Source: Alteromonas sp. (lineage in GTDB: Bacteria > Margulisbacteria > Marinamargulisbacteria > UBA6595). Taken from it: a stretch of 64,000 bases of DNA. Shown one piece after another: positions 38,844-47,952 of the stretch. Position numbers and translations under genes: made by a program. Position 1 is the stretch's first letter. Each line of letters opens with the position of its first letter. Under the pieces are notes generated by a model. The model did not search any database, was not told the DNA's origin, and saw nothing but the letters and a program-made list of their open reading frames with translations. The stretch spans positions 70,216-134,215 of the forward strand of contig CAXPTH010000003.1 in the NCBI GenBank assembly GCA_964220215.1. Direction: 5' to 3'.

Positions 38844-39260
38844 CTACGTACTAAACGAGCTTCCGCACGAGCAACTGCGTTTCACGTTGGGGTTGTATAA
38901 GCTAAACCCAGAGCCAGTCAGGGCCTCTTTGTAATCTAAAATAGACCCCACAACAAACAAATAGCTGCCTTTATCCACAAATACGTTAGCACCATCGGAT
39001 TGAAATACTCGATCCCCATCGGATTGCGCATCGGCCAATGCCTTTAGATCCATCACATACGATTTACCCGAACAGCCGTCGTTTACTACTTTAACGTATA
39101 ACCCGTGCGTCTCTGGATCTTTGTTGTCTTGTGACAAAAATGCTTTGATTTTCTCAGCGGCCACCGGTTCAATCTGAATGCCTTTAATGACACCCGCATC
39201 TGGCTTCACTGGCTCATCCGGCTTCACAAAAACTTTTTTAACATCACCACAATCGGACAT
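38844..39260 (-). CDS. iron-sulfur cluster insertion protein, IscA/ErpA/HesB family
   Basis: 138 aa. Motifs GCSGKSY and a C-terminal CSCGSSF. It carries a ~30-aa N-terminal extension. Confidence 0.8.
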   Translation of the reverse strand: MSDCGDVKKVFVKPDEPVKPDAGVIKGIQIEPVAAEKIKAFLSQDNKDPETHGLYVKVVNDGCSGKSYVMDLKALADAQSDGDRVFQSDGANVFVDKGSYLFVVGSILDYKEALTGSGFSLYNPNVKRSCSCGSSFST

Positions 39261-39277
39261 AGTCTTAGTGTATCAGG

Positions 39278-40534
39278 TTATCGAAACAATGGCGAGTTAA
39301 AAAACCCATCATTGGATTCACTTTGCTTCAATAATTTAATTAACTCTTCGATGGAATCTTCTCGAAGGTTTTTGCGCAACACTTGAATTTTATTAATTAA
39401 ATCCGGAGCCAATAACAACTCGGACTTTCGTGTACTCGACTGCAAAATATCAATCGCTGGGAAAATTAACCGATTGGCTAAATTCCGATCCAAATGCAAT
39501 TCCATGTTCCCCGTGCCTTTAAATTCTTCATAAATAATGTCATCCATGCGTGAGCCTGTATTGACCAAAGCCGTTGCAATAATCGTCAAACTACCCCCCG
39601 ATTCAATCTGACGAGCCCCCCCAAAAAACCGTTTGGGCTTATGCAGCGAATTGGGGTCCAGCCCCCCCGATAACGTTCGGCCCGATGGCGACACCACCAA
39701 GTTATACGCTCGCGCAAGCCGTGTGATACTATCCAACAGAATAACCACATCCTTGCCGGACTCCACCAAACGCTTGGCATTTTCAAACAACAACTCCGCA
39801 ATGCGTACATGCCGATGAGGCGCCTCATCGAACGTAGAATACACCACAGATCCCCGAACCGAGCGTTTCATATCCGTCACTTCTTCCGGACGCTCATCAA
39901 TTAATAAAACTTTAATAATGCTTTCTGGGTGATTCGCGGCAATACTATTGGCAATCCCTTTCATAATGCTGGTTTTTCCTGCTTTGGGTGGCGAAACAAT
40001 TAAGGCCCGCTGCCCATACCCAATGGGGGCAAAAATATCCAACATTCGACCGCTCAAATTTTCTTCATCGGTCTCCAACTTCAACTGCTTGTTGGGGTAT
40101 ACCGGCGTTAAATCTGAGAATTGAGGTCTGTCCTTAATTTGGTTGGGCAACAATTCATTGACTGAGTGAATAATATCAACCGTTCGCGCATACTCTTTAT
40201 TTTTTTTCTCCGTATAACTAAAACACAAACCATCTCCATGCAATAAACCGTACTTTTTAATCACACTGTTTGGAACAAAACAATCGTGGGCACTGGGAAA
40301 GCAATTGTGAACCCGAATAACCCCATCGCCCTCATCCGATTCTTCAACCTCCAAGACCCCACTCGAAAATAGGGCATCGTCGGATACCACATAACTTTCA
40401 ATAATTTTTTCAATCAATTGGTTTCGGTCCAGATTAACACCAAAGGCGATAGCTCGCTCCTGAGCAATCGATTCCAGGCCAGCCAAGGACAGTGATGGCA
40501 ATGATTTCATAAATTTCTTTGTTTTTGCAGACAT
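39278..40534 (-). CDS. rho: transcription termination factor Rho
   Basis: 418 aa. Motifs: Walker A PPKAGKT, LLIDERPEEVT and LDSITRLARAYN. Confidence 0.93.
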   Translation of the reverse strand: MSAKTKKFMKSLPSLSLAGLESIAQERAIAFGVNLDRNQLIEKIIESYVVSDDALFSSGVLEVEESDEGDGVIRVHNCFPSAHDCFVPNSVIKKYGLLHGDGLCFSYTEKKNKEYARTVDIIHSVNELLPNQIKDRPQFSDLTPVYPNKQLKLETDEENLSGRMLDIFAPIGYGQRALIVSPPKAGKTSIMKGIANSIAANHPESIIKVLLIDERPEEVTDMKRSVRGSVVYSTFDEAPHRHVRIAELLFENAKRLVESGKDVVILLDSITRLARAYNLVVSPSGRTLSGGLDPNSLHKPKRFFGGARQIESGGSLTIIATALVNTGSRMDDIIYEEFKGTGNMELHLDRNLANRLIFPAIDILQSSTRKSELLLAPDLINKIQVLRKNLREDSIEELIKLLKQSESNDGFFNSPLFR

Positions 40535-40669
40535 ATTAACCCCGGTTCATTCATCGATTACAACAATACGGACTAAAAAATTTTTTTGATTTTATTTTGT
40601 TTGAACTTAATATAAATATAAACGATAACTTTAAAAATGTCAAATTAAAATTATACTATTTGTATTTAA

Positions 40670-41614
40670 TTAAATTATTTTAGGTGTTATTACAAACACA
40701 ATATCGGTTTGATTGTTTCTACTTACTTTATGCCGAAACAATCGACCCAGTATCGGAATTCGGCCTAAAAACGGGACTCGCTTGGTAACCACTTGCTGAG
40801 CATTATCCAATAATCCAGCCATAATCAATGTTTCGTCGGGCTGCATCACAACCTGAGTATGCGCTTGTCGTTTCGCAATAATGGGCACTCGGCCACTTTG
40901 CATCGACTGCCAAAGTTTAACACTGGACATGCTTAAATCAATCGTTAGCATCAACGGATTGTTCTCTGAAATTAGGGGGTGAATTGAAAACTCAAGACCC
41001 GTCTGAACATAGTCAATGTGATTGATGGGTGTTTGCCCATTGTATTGGACAGTTTCATAGGGAATGCGATCCCCGACATGAAACTCAGCGGTTTGATTGT
41101 GCACACCCACAATGCTGGGATTGGCAACTAGGGTCGCTGTCCCATTTTGAATGCTCGCTTGAATCAGCCCAGCAATCGCATCCGCAGGTACGATTTGATT
41201 GTCCGTATAATTATAGTTGACCTGAATGCCATCCATTAGTGATGAAAAAATCGATTGATAGGTTTCAATATGTTGGGTGTTAATCTCAACAATCATCACA
41301 TGAAACACAACCTGTTTGGGGGGCTGATCAATTTGATTAATTAACGCTTGGATACGATCGTGTTCATCCGGGTTTGCTTGATACACAATCATCGTTTGAC
41401 TCGGGTCAATCGACAGCGGTACGTTCATCACCGAATCAATGGCTCGCTGAACCACCCCCACATTGGCATAGGCAATATCCACGCGATAAGTCTGTTTGCG
41501 TTGACTGGGCAGAGGCTCCACAAACAATTCATGAAAATAGGTTGTGTTTGCGTACCCAACACAGCCCAATATTAGCCACAGAATGCCACTGTATCGGACT
41601 ACACGGGTTCGCAT
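40670..41614 (-). CDS. short secretin-family outer-membrane channel protein
   Basis: 314 aa. It has a signal peptide, one secretin-N-like domain (ending IQALINQIDQPPKQVVFHVMIVEI) and a secretin core ending VTKRVPFLGRIPILGRLFRHKVSRNNQTDIVFVITPKII. Confidence 0.8.
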   Translation of the reverse strand: MRTRVVRYSGILWLILGCVGYANTTYFHELFVEPLPSQRKQTYRVDIAYANVGVVQRAIDSVMNVPLSIDPSQTMIVYQANPDEHDRIQALINQIDQPPKQVVFHVMIVEINTQHIETYQSIFSSLMDGIQVNYNYTDNQIVPADAIAGLIQASIQNGTATLVANPSIVGVHNQTAEFHVGDRIPYETVQYNGQTPINHIDYVQTGLEFSIHPLISENNPLMLTIDLSMSSVKLWQSMQSGRVPIIAKRQAHTQVVMQPDETLIMAGLLDNAQQVVTKRVPFLGRIPILGRLFRHKVSRNNQTDIVFVITPKII

Positions 41615-41877
41615 GTTACGGTTGCCTCATAGCCGGATTGCGTTAACTCAATGCGAATCGCTGGCTCAGGACATTGACTGTGAATCTGGTTGAGCTGCTG
41701 GTGGATCCCTTCCCATGTTTGAGCGCGCAGAAAAACAGACGGGTTTGTCTCGGACGATGCGAGTGATTGCAGCGCATTCAAAGAATTTTCCATACGCAGT
41801 ATTGAATCCCAAAGGCCCCACTTAACCACCGCTAAAATCAAGCATCCCCACCGAATATATCGAATTGCCGCCGTCAT
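41599..41877 (-). CDS. single-pass membrane protein, secretin-operon partner
   Basis: I chose the start at M9 of the track ORF because its ATG overlaps the upstream TGA (ATGA at 41877-41874). It has a TM segment (WGCLILAVVKWGLW) and a ~60-aa periplasmic tail, and overlaps the secretin start by 16 nt. Confidence 0.45.
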   Translation of the reverse strand: MTAAIRYIRWGCLILAVVKWGLWDSILRMENSLNALQSLASSETNPSVFLRAQTWEGIHQQLNQIHSQCPEPAIRIELTQSGYEATVTCEPV

Positions 41878-42491
41878 AAACGACCCGATACTTTTGCCCA
41901 TTTTTTACCCTGCCGAGTCGCATACTGGACATGGTCCGCATCGGATACAGTCAGCATTGCGTCGGAGTGGGTTAACACGCCAATGATACTATAGCTGGCA
42001 TCTGAATCAATGGCTAGGTAGGTGATATCAATGGGTTCTGCATTCCAACGATCCACCCAGTTTTGATACGCAATCGGATAGGAATAGCCCCGCTGAATCT
42101 GCGACTCGGATACACCCCTCGTTGTGTACACAAGCCACTGAGACCATCCCGTAAACAATGCGATACCCAGTACAGCTATACTGACTAAGATCCGCTTTAA
42201 TTTTGGCCGAACCCACTGTTGGCTGGGTGAAAAAAAACACCAGCCCAAGGGTGTCCAGACAAACCACTGTTCGCATTTAAAAAAATGAGAGATCGCGCGC
42301 ATTTTATGCGTGTTAAATTGGATTAAGCCACCCACCCGTTTGGCATAATCGCTGCCCACAAACACAAGGCCATTGGATTGTGTCCCGCTATTGTCTGTCG
42401 TTGAATCCAATTGATTTAAATAGGCATATAAAGACTGCTTGCTGGCATTTTTACCGTGGGACACCCATTTATTATGAATTAAACTACCCAT
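41874..42491 (-). CDS. bitopic membrane protein, first gene of the secretin operon
   Basis: 205 aa: a ~100-aa cytoplasmic part, one TM segment (ILVSIAVLGIALFTGWSQWLVY) and a ~80-aa periplasmic domain. I recognised no motif and saw no clear SD. Confidence 0.4.
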   Translation of the reverse strand: MGSLIHNKWVSHGKNASKQSLYAYLNQLDSTTDNSGTQSNGLVFVGSDYAKRVGGLIQFNTHKMRAISHFFKCEQWFVWTPLGWCFFSPSQQWVRPKLKRILVSIAVLGIALFTGWSQWLVYTTRGVSESQIQRGYSYPIAYQNWVDRWNAEPIDITYLAIDSDASYSIIGVLTHSDAMLTVSDADHVQYATRQGKKWAKVSGRL

Positions 42492-42609
42492 TTGAGATAT
42501 TTACTTAACCACAAAAAATAATTAACGTCAATATAATTATTAAAATTATTTAATTTAAATTTTTTGGGCTTATTAAAAATTACGCAGGCATGGTATTATT
42601 TTTAATATT

Positions 42610-44028
42610 ATGAATTTCCGATTCAGTTTGTGTATTCTTGGATTCAGCGTCTCTGTATGGGGTCAATCCCTATCCTTGGATGCGTATTTGGCGCACGTTG
42701 ATCAGCATAGCGCTTATTTAAAAAGCACCCAGCAATCGGTCGAACAACAGCGCGATCACGTAGAAACAGAACGCCGAAAAGCAGGCTGGGTTGTATCGGG
42801 TAAGTCGTACTGGGATCAGCAAGACCCCAACCCACCCAATCGCTTATTTATGTCCCAATCCAGAACCACGTACACCGGTATAGCCACCCAGTTACATAAA
42901 CCCATTTGGCAAACGGGCGGACAGATTGCCCTATCCCATGAATTGCGACGGATGGATCAATCCCAACCCCTCGTTTCTCTAGGCGGCTCCCAACAGCCCC
43001 TTCAACCCAATCCGTTGTACACCCGTTCGGCGGGTGTATCGTATCGGCAACCCCTATTGCAAAATCGATGGGGCACGCAATCTGAAATCCACTATAAATT
43101 GGCGAAAAATAACCAGCGCTATCAGGCCATTATCCAGGCTGAATCCGATGAATCCTTTCGATTGGAATACGTTTTACAGTATTTAACATGGGCCCATTAC
43201 TATACGATGACAACGATTATGCGTGATCGGCTCGCTGTTGCCGTTGCCCTGTATACTGAAAATCAGGCCAAATATACCAACAACTTAATTGAAACCTTAG
43301 ACATCTTGCAATCCCAGCACTATTTAAATCAGCAACAAACCCACGACAGTCAGGCAAAATTGTTGCTTGAAACGCATCAAAACAAGCTCAGTGCCGGACT
43401 CAATTACCCAGCGATACGGGTGAGCACACCAACCTTAAACTTATATCAAATTCCCAATTTAAATACAGAACCGATGCCCCCGTCGCTTCGAATTGTGGAT
43501 GCCCTCAAAACCCAACAAGCCGGCAATCACTTGATGTATGCGAGTATCATGGATCAAAAAAAGCCCCAGCTTGATCTTGTTGTGCAAGCCCAGTGGCATG
43601 ACCGTATTAATGAACACAATCGCATAACCGACTATGGACTCATGGACAAACAAGTGGTTGTGCAATTTTCAACGCCATTGGGCCTGAAACCCGTTGCTGC
43701 TGAGCTGGATGCCCTCAAGCATGACACGCAACGCATTCAACACACCATTGATCATGAATTGAATCAACTCATGGCGCACAAAGCGTTTTTGGAATCTGAG
43801 TACCAGCGCTTGCGTGTTCACTATGACTACCAAACAACGGCTGTTGCTTTACACACCCAAACCGTTAAAGAAGAAAATCGCTTGTATGAACAAGGCCGTC
43901 GCAACCTTACCTTTGTGTTGCAATCCCAAGATGCTGAGCATGCCGCTAAATTGGCCATGCTGGATACCGCCTATCAATTGCATTGCATTGTTGCTCAACA
44001 CAATGCCCTACTGGATCGATTGCAATGA
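42610..44028 (+). CDS. TolC-family outer-membrane efflux protein
   Basis: 472 aa with a signal peptide and two OEP-type repeat halves carrying long coiled-coil segments. Its stop overlaps the RND start (ATGA). Confidence 0.7.
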   Translation: MNFRFSLCILGFSVSVWGQSLSLDAYLAHVDQHSAYLKSTQQSVEQQRDHVETERRKAGWVVSGKSYWDQQDPNPPNRLFMSQSRTTYTGIATQLHKPIWQTGGQIALSHELRRMDQSQPLVSLGGSQQPLQPNPLYTRSAGVSYRQPLLQNRWGTQSEIHYKLAKNNQRYQAIIQAESDESFRLEYVLQYLTWAHYYTMTTIMRDRLAVAVALYTENQAKYTNNLIETLDILQSQHYLNQQQTHDSQAKLLLETHQNKLSAGLNYPAIRVSTPTLNLYQIPNLNTEPMPPSLRIVDALKTQQAGNHLMYASIMDQKKPQLDLVVQAQWHDRINEHNRITDYGLMDKQVVVQFSTPLGLKPVAAELDALKHDTQRIQHTIDHELNQLMAHKAFLESEYQRLRVHYDYQTTAVALHTQTVKEENRLYEQGRRNLTFVLQSQDAEHAAKLAMLDTAYQLHCIVAQHNALLDRLQ

Positions 44029-47000
44029 ACCGGTTTTTTAATTATTTTATCCAGGACCCACTCATTGGCAAAGTGATTACGGGGTCATTACTATTGCTGG
44101 GTATTTACGGGTTTAATACCGTCCCCATTAACATTCGGCCAAGCGTCGCATTTGATGAATTGGTGATTAATACCTACCATCCAGGGTATTCGGCTAAAGA
44201 TATCGAATTGCGCATTACCAATAAAATTGAAGATAAACTGGCGACTATTTCGGGCATTCAATACTATGAGTCTAGCAGTTCTGAAGGACGGTCCATGATT
44301 AAAGTGGTCTTGGAAGAAAAACTAAAAAACCCAAAAGAAGTCAAAGACAAATTGTATCGAGCCGTTGATAATGCCGAATTGCCTACAGAGCTTGAAAATC
44401 GACCCAGCATTCAAGATATCAATAGTGATGAAATTCCCGTTTATACCCTTGGCATTATTGGCGGCACAACCTATGCCGATCAGTTTTATTATGCCAAGCA
44501 CTTAAAAGACCAGCTGGAATCGCTGCCCGGCATTAGCCAAGCCGTTGCGGTGGGTTATTTCGAGGAAGAAGCCCAAGTTTTATTGGATTTAGAAGCGATG
44601 CGTACGTATCAATTATCCATGCACGATATTGAAGCAGCCTTTAAACGTCGGCACATTCGTGTATCCAGCGGCCCCATTGAGCGTCCGGATACCCAACAAG
44701 TTGTTTTAAATGCTGAGTTTGCCAATACATCAGCCCTAAACAACTTAATTATACGGTCCAATTTTAACCAAAAAACCGTTTATTTGCGGGATGTTGCCAC
44801 CGTGCGCATGGACTTTGAAAAACCAATTAGCTACACCCATATTAATGGCCAGCCCGGTATCTTATTGGATATCATAAAAAAAGAATCGGCTGAAATTTTA
44901 CCGACGGTTAAAGCCTTGCAGGCCTTTTTAGACCAACAAATTTTACCCAATAACTTATCCATTGTCTTGGTCAATGATATGTCGTACTTTTTAACGCGTC
45001 GGTTGTCTGTTTTGGTATCCAATGGCCTGATTGGCATGGCCTTTGTTTTTGTTGTTCTGAGTATTTTTTTGCGTGCCAATATTGCCGTATGGGTAGCAGC
45101 TGGGCTTCCGGTTGCTGTGTCGGGCATTTTATTTTTGCTGCCAATCGCGGGGCAAAGCATTAATGTTGTATCGTTAATTGGCATTATTTTAGTCATTGGG
45201 ATTATTGTGGATGATGGGATTATTGATGCCGATAGCGTTGTTCAGCAATTAGAAGCCGGTCATGATAAAAAAACGGCCGCACTTTTGGGTATTCAAACTG
45301 TTTTTGCGCCAGTCATTACCACGTTGATCACTACATTTTTAGCCTTTCTGCCCATGCTGTTTATGAGTGGAATCATGGGCAAATTTGTTTTTTGTATTCC
45401 ATTGGTTATTAGTTTTGCCTTGTTATTTAGCTTGGTTGAACTGTCAACAGCCCTGCCCACACATTTGGCCAATACCAGTGATCGATTTAAAAAGCCGATA
45501 CTCAGTATGGATCGTGCCCGAATGGCCTATCAACGTGCCCTGCATGCCTGCTTAAACCGGTATAAACTCATGAGTGTTGTATTTTTAATCAGCATTTTGG
45601 GCTTGGGTATTCTTTCAATACGCTATATAACATTTGAGCTGTTTCCAAAAGCATCCGCTGAATCCTTTATTGTTAATATTAAATACCCAAAAGGCACATC
45701 TCTAAAAAACAATCGAGACCAAGTGCGTGCTGTTGAATCGGTGTTGGCCACCATGCCCAAGCATGAATGGATTAGCTTTAAAACCTTTGTGGGCATGACC
45801 AATACCAATTCATACGATTTTGCCAATAAAGAAAATGAAACGGAAATCACGGTGTTTTTAACGCCAATTGCCCAGCGCACACGCAGCGCTGAAGCCATTA
45901 TTCAAGACTTAAAACCACAGGTACCCGATACGGTGTTTTTCCGTGTTGAATCGGGTGGCCCGCCGGTTGGCCGAGCCATTAGCGTTGAAATCATTCACCC
46001 AAATACATCCATTCGGACCGATATTACAAATTACGTCTACCAACTACTGGCCAATACACCAGGAGTTCGTGACTTATCACGGACGGATGATGGTTTGCGA
46101 AAAACCATTCAAATAACACCCAATATTGCGAAAGCCGCCCAGCTGGGGGTTTCTTTGGCAACCATTGCCCAAACGATCAATATGGCCTACACCGGTCAAA
46201 TTATTGGTGAGTTCAATCAAAACAACGATACCATCCCCATTCGATTGCAATTGGCCCCCAACGATCAAACCATTAGCGGCATTCAAGCGCTTGTTGTACC
46301 CAATGCCATGGGCAAACTAATCCCCCTAGCCCAACTGGTTTCGGTTGACAATGGGCCCATCACACCCAGTTATTATCACTACAATGGCGACCCAAAAACC
46401 AGTATTTATGGTGAAATCAATGAATCAGAAACAACCATTCAATCTGTTGTCAAACGCGTTGAAAACCAAATCGATACCACGCAGTGGCCCGGGGCCCAAG
46501 TGCTATTTACTGGCCAAAATGAAGATACCAATCGATCCATGAATGACTTATTCAACGTTTTTCTACTTACACTGGTTGGCATGTTTATTTTGTTAATTGT
46601 TTTATTGCGATCGATTCCCCAAACCCTCTTAGTTTTGACCTGTATTCCGTTTGGTCTTTTAAGTGCGTCTTTGGCATTTATTGCCCATGGTCAAGTGCTC
46701 AGTTTTATTGGGGTTATTGGCATGATTGGACTGTCTGGGGTCGTGGTGAATGATGCCTTGGTGATGATGCATCATTTAAACAAAACCAAGCCGTCGGGCT
46801 TGCCCCTCTCTGAGACAATTGCGCATGTGGCTAGCGGCTGCGCCACCCGGTTCCGACCGGTGTTATTAACATCCATGACCACCGTGTTTGGCCTATTGCC
46901 CTTGGCGTATGGCTTTGCCGGCAACGACCCGTATTTAGCCCCAATGGCACTAGCGATGGGTTGGGGGCTATTGGTTGCAACCCCCTTAATTTTGTTTGTA

Positions 47001-47039
47001 TTTCCGTGTTGGTACATGGTGGTGTGTGGCAGACGCTAA
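44025..47039 (+). CDS. RND efflux transporter, AcrB/AcrD/AcrF family
   Basis: About 1004 aa from MNRFFNYFIQDPLIG (ATG 44025). It has a 12-TM architecture with two large periplasmic loops and typical AcrB-family sequence throughout. Confidence 0.88.
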   Translation: MNRFFNYFIQDPLIGKVITGSLLLLGIYGFNTVPINIRPSVAFDELVINTYHPGYSAKDIELRITNKIEDKLATISGIQYYESSSSEGRSMIKVVLEEKLKNPKEVKDKLYRAVDNAELPTELENRPSIQDINSDEIPVYTLGIIGGTTYADQFYYAKHLKDQLESLPGISQAVAVGYFEEEAQVLLDLEAMRTYQLSMHDIEAAFKRRHIRVSSGPIERPDTQQVVLNAEFANTSALNNLIIRSNFNQKTVYLRDVATVRMDFEKPISYTHINGQPGILLDIIKKESAEILPTVKALQAFLDQQILPNNLSIVLVNDMSYFLTRRLSVLVSNGLIGMAFVFVVLSIFLRANIAVWVAAGLPVAVSGILFLLPIAGQSINVVSLIGIILVIGIIVDDGIIDADSVVQQLEAGHDKKTAALLGIQTVFAPVITTLITTFLAFLPMLFMSGIMGKFVFCIPLVISFALLFSLVELSTALPTHLANTSDRFKKPILSMDRARMAYQRALHACLNRYKLMSVVFLISILGLGILSIRYITFELFPKASAESFIVNIKYPKGTSLKNNRDQVRAVESVLATMPKHEWISFKTFVGMTNTNSYDFANKENETEITVFLTPIAQRTRSAEAIIQDLKPQVPDTVFFRVESGGPPVGRAISVEIIHPNTSIRTDITNYVYQLLANTPGVRDLSRTDDGLRKTIQITPNIAKAAQLGVSLATIAQTINMAYTGQIIGEFNQNNDTIPIRLQLAPNDQTISGIQALVVPNAMGKLIPLAQLVSVDNGPITPSYYHYNGDPKTSIYGEINESETTIQSVVKRVENQIDTTQWPGAQVLFTGQNEDTNRSMNDLFNVFLLTLVGMFILLIVLLRSIPQTLLVLTCIPFGLLSASLAFIAHGQVLSFIGVIGMIGLSGVVVNDALVMMHHLNKTKPSGLPLSETIAHVASGCATRFRPVLLTSMTTVFGLLPLAYGFAGNDPYLAPMALAMGWGLLVATPLILFVFPCWYMVVCGRR

Positions 47040-47853
47040 GTCAACCCCCGACCTTTGGCTCGGCACATGGGCCCTGGGTGGCAAAGGAGTTTCCGGTATT
47101 GTAAAACACTCAAAGGCCCTCATTGATGCAGCGTATCAGCACGGTATCCGGCATATTGATACGGCTTTTTTTTACGGCAACGGGCAAGCACACGACACCA
47201 TCGCCAATGCCATCAAAAATCAGCGATCCCACTGGCATATTTGCGAAAAAGTGGGGTTGCGCTGGGCCAGTCGAAACCGGGTCATTCATTCAGGAACTTC
47301 AGATGCAATTATTCACGATTGCCAAGTGGCACTGCGCCGGTTACGAACGGATTATATTGATACACTCATGCTTCACTGGCCGGACCCCCACTGCCACTTA
47401 GCCACCAGTATTGACGGCTTACAAGCCTGTGTGGATCGCGGCTATGCCCGACACTGGGGATTGGGTAATTTAGCCGATACTCAACTTCATCATTTAGTAA
47501 ACTATCCCAATACCGTGTATCAGTTGGAACACAATTGCATCATCGACAACAGCGTCCAATTGCACAAAACCCATCAACACGCCTATAACTTGGTGTTTTC
47601 GCCGTTGGCCAACGGCTGGCTGGCCAATCCCAACTACCTGCATCAAACCATACCCAAATCCGATCGCCGGGCCCGACATCCCATTTATACACACGCATCC
47701 TATCGAGCGGCTTGCCAAGATTTTCATGCCAACACAACAACGCCTATTGAAGATGCCTTGCGCTGGGTGATTCAAACCCCCACCGTTCATGGCCTTATTC
47801 TGGGGCCACGCTCCCCGGAACACCTCCATCAACTGATAGTAGCTACGCATTAA
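47026..47853 (+). CDS. aldo/keto reductase
   Basis: Motifs LWLGTWALGG and IDAAYQHGIRHIDTAFFYGNGQAHD. The start is ambiguous (GTG 47026 or TTG 46996), and either overlaps the end of the RND gene. Confidence 0.65.
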   Translation: MADAKSTPDLWLGTWALGGKGVSGIVKHSKALIDAAYQHGIRHIDTAFFYGNGQAHDTIANAIKNQRSHWHICEKVGLRWASRNRVIHSGTSDAIIHDCQVALRRLRTDYIDTLMLHWPDPHCHLATSIDGLQACVDRGYARHWGLGNLADTQLHHLVNYPNTVYQLEHNCIIDNSVQLHKTHQHAYNLVFSPLANGWLANPNYLHQTIPKSDRRARHPIYTHASYRAACQDFHANTTTPIEDALRWVIQTPTVHGLILGPRSPEHLHQLIVATH

Positions 47854-47874
47854 CCGGTTTATAAAACGCTTACA

Positions 47875-47929
47875 AGTATGCTAAACTCTGAATAGTCTAT
47901 GTTAGCTTTAGGCTAATATTCAGCATACT
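47875..47929. promoter_or_regulatory. imperfect inverted repeat upstream of fba
   Basis: AGTATGCT(aaactc)TGAATA ... TATTCAGCATACT, with a nested ttagc/gctaa stem. It lies 24 nt upstream of the fba ATG. Confidence 0.25.
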
Positions 47930-47952
47930 AAAAAATAGTGAGGTTACAAATA

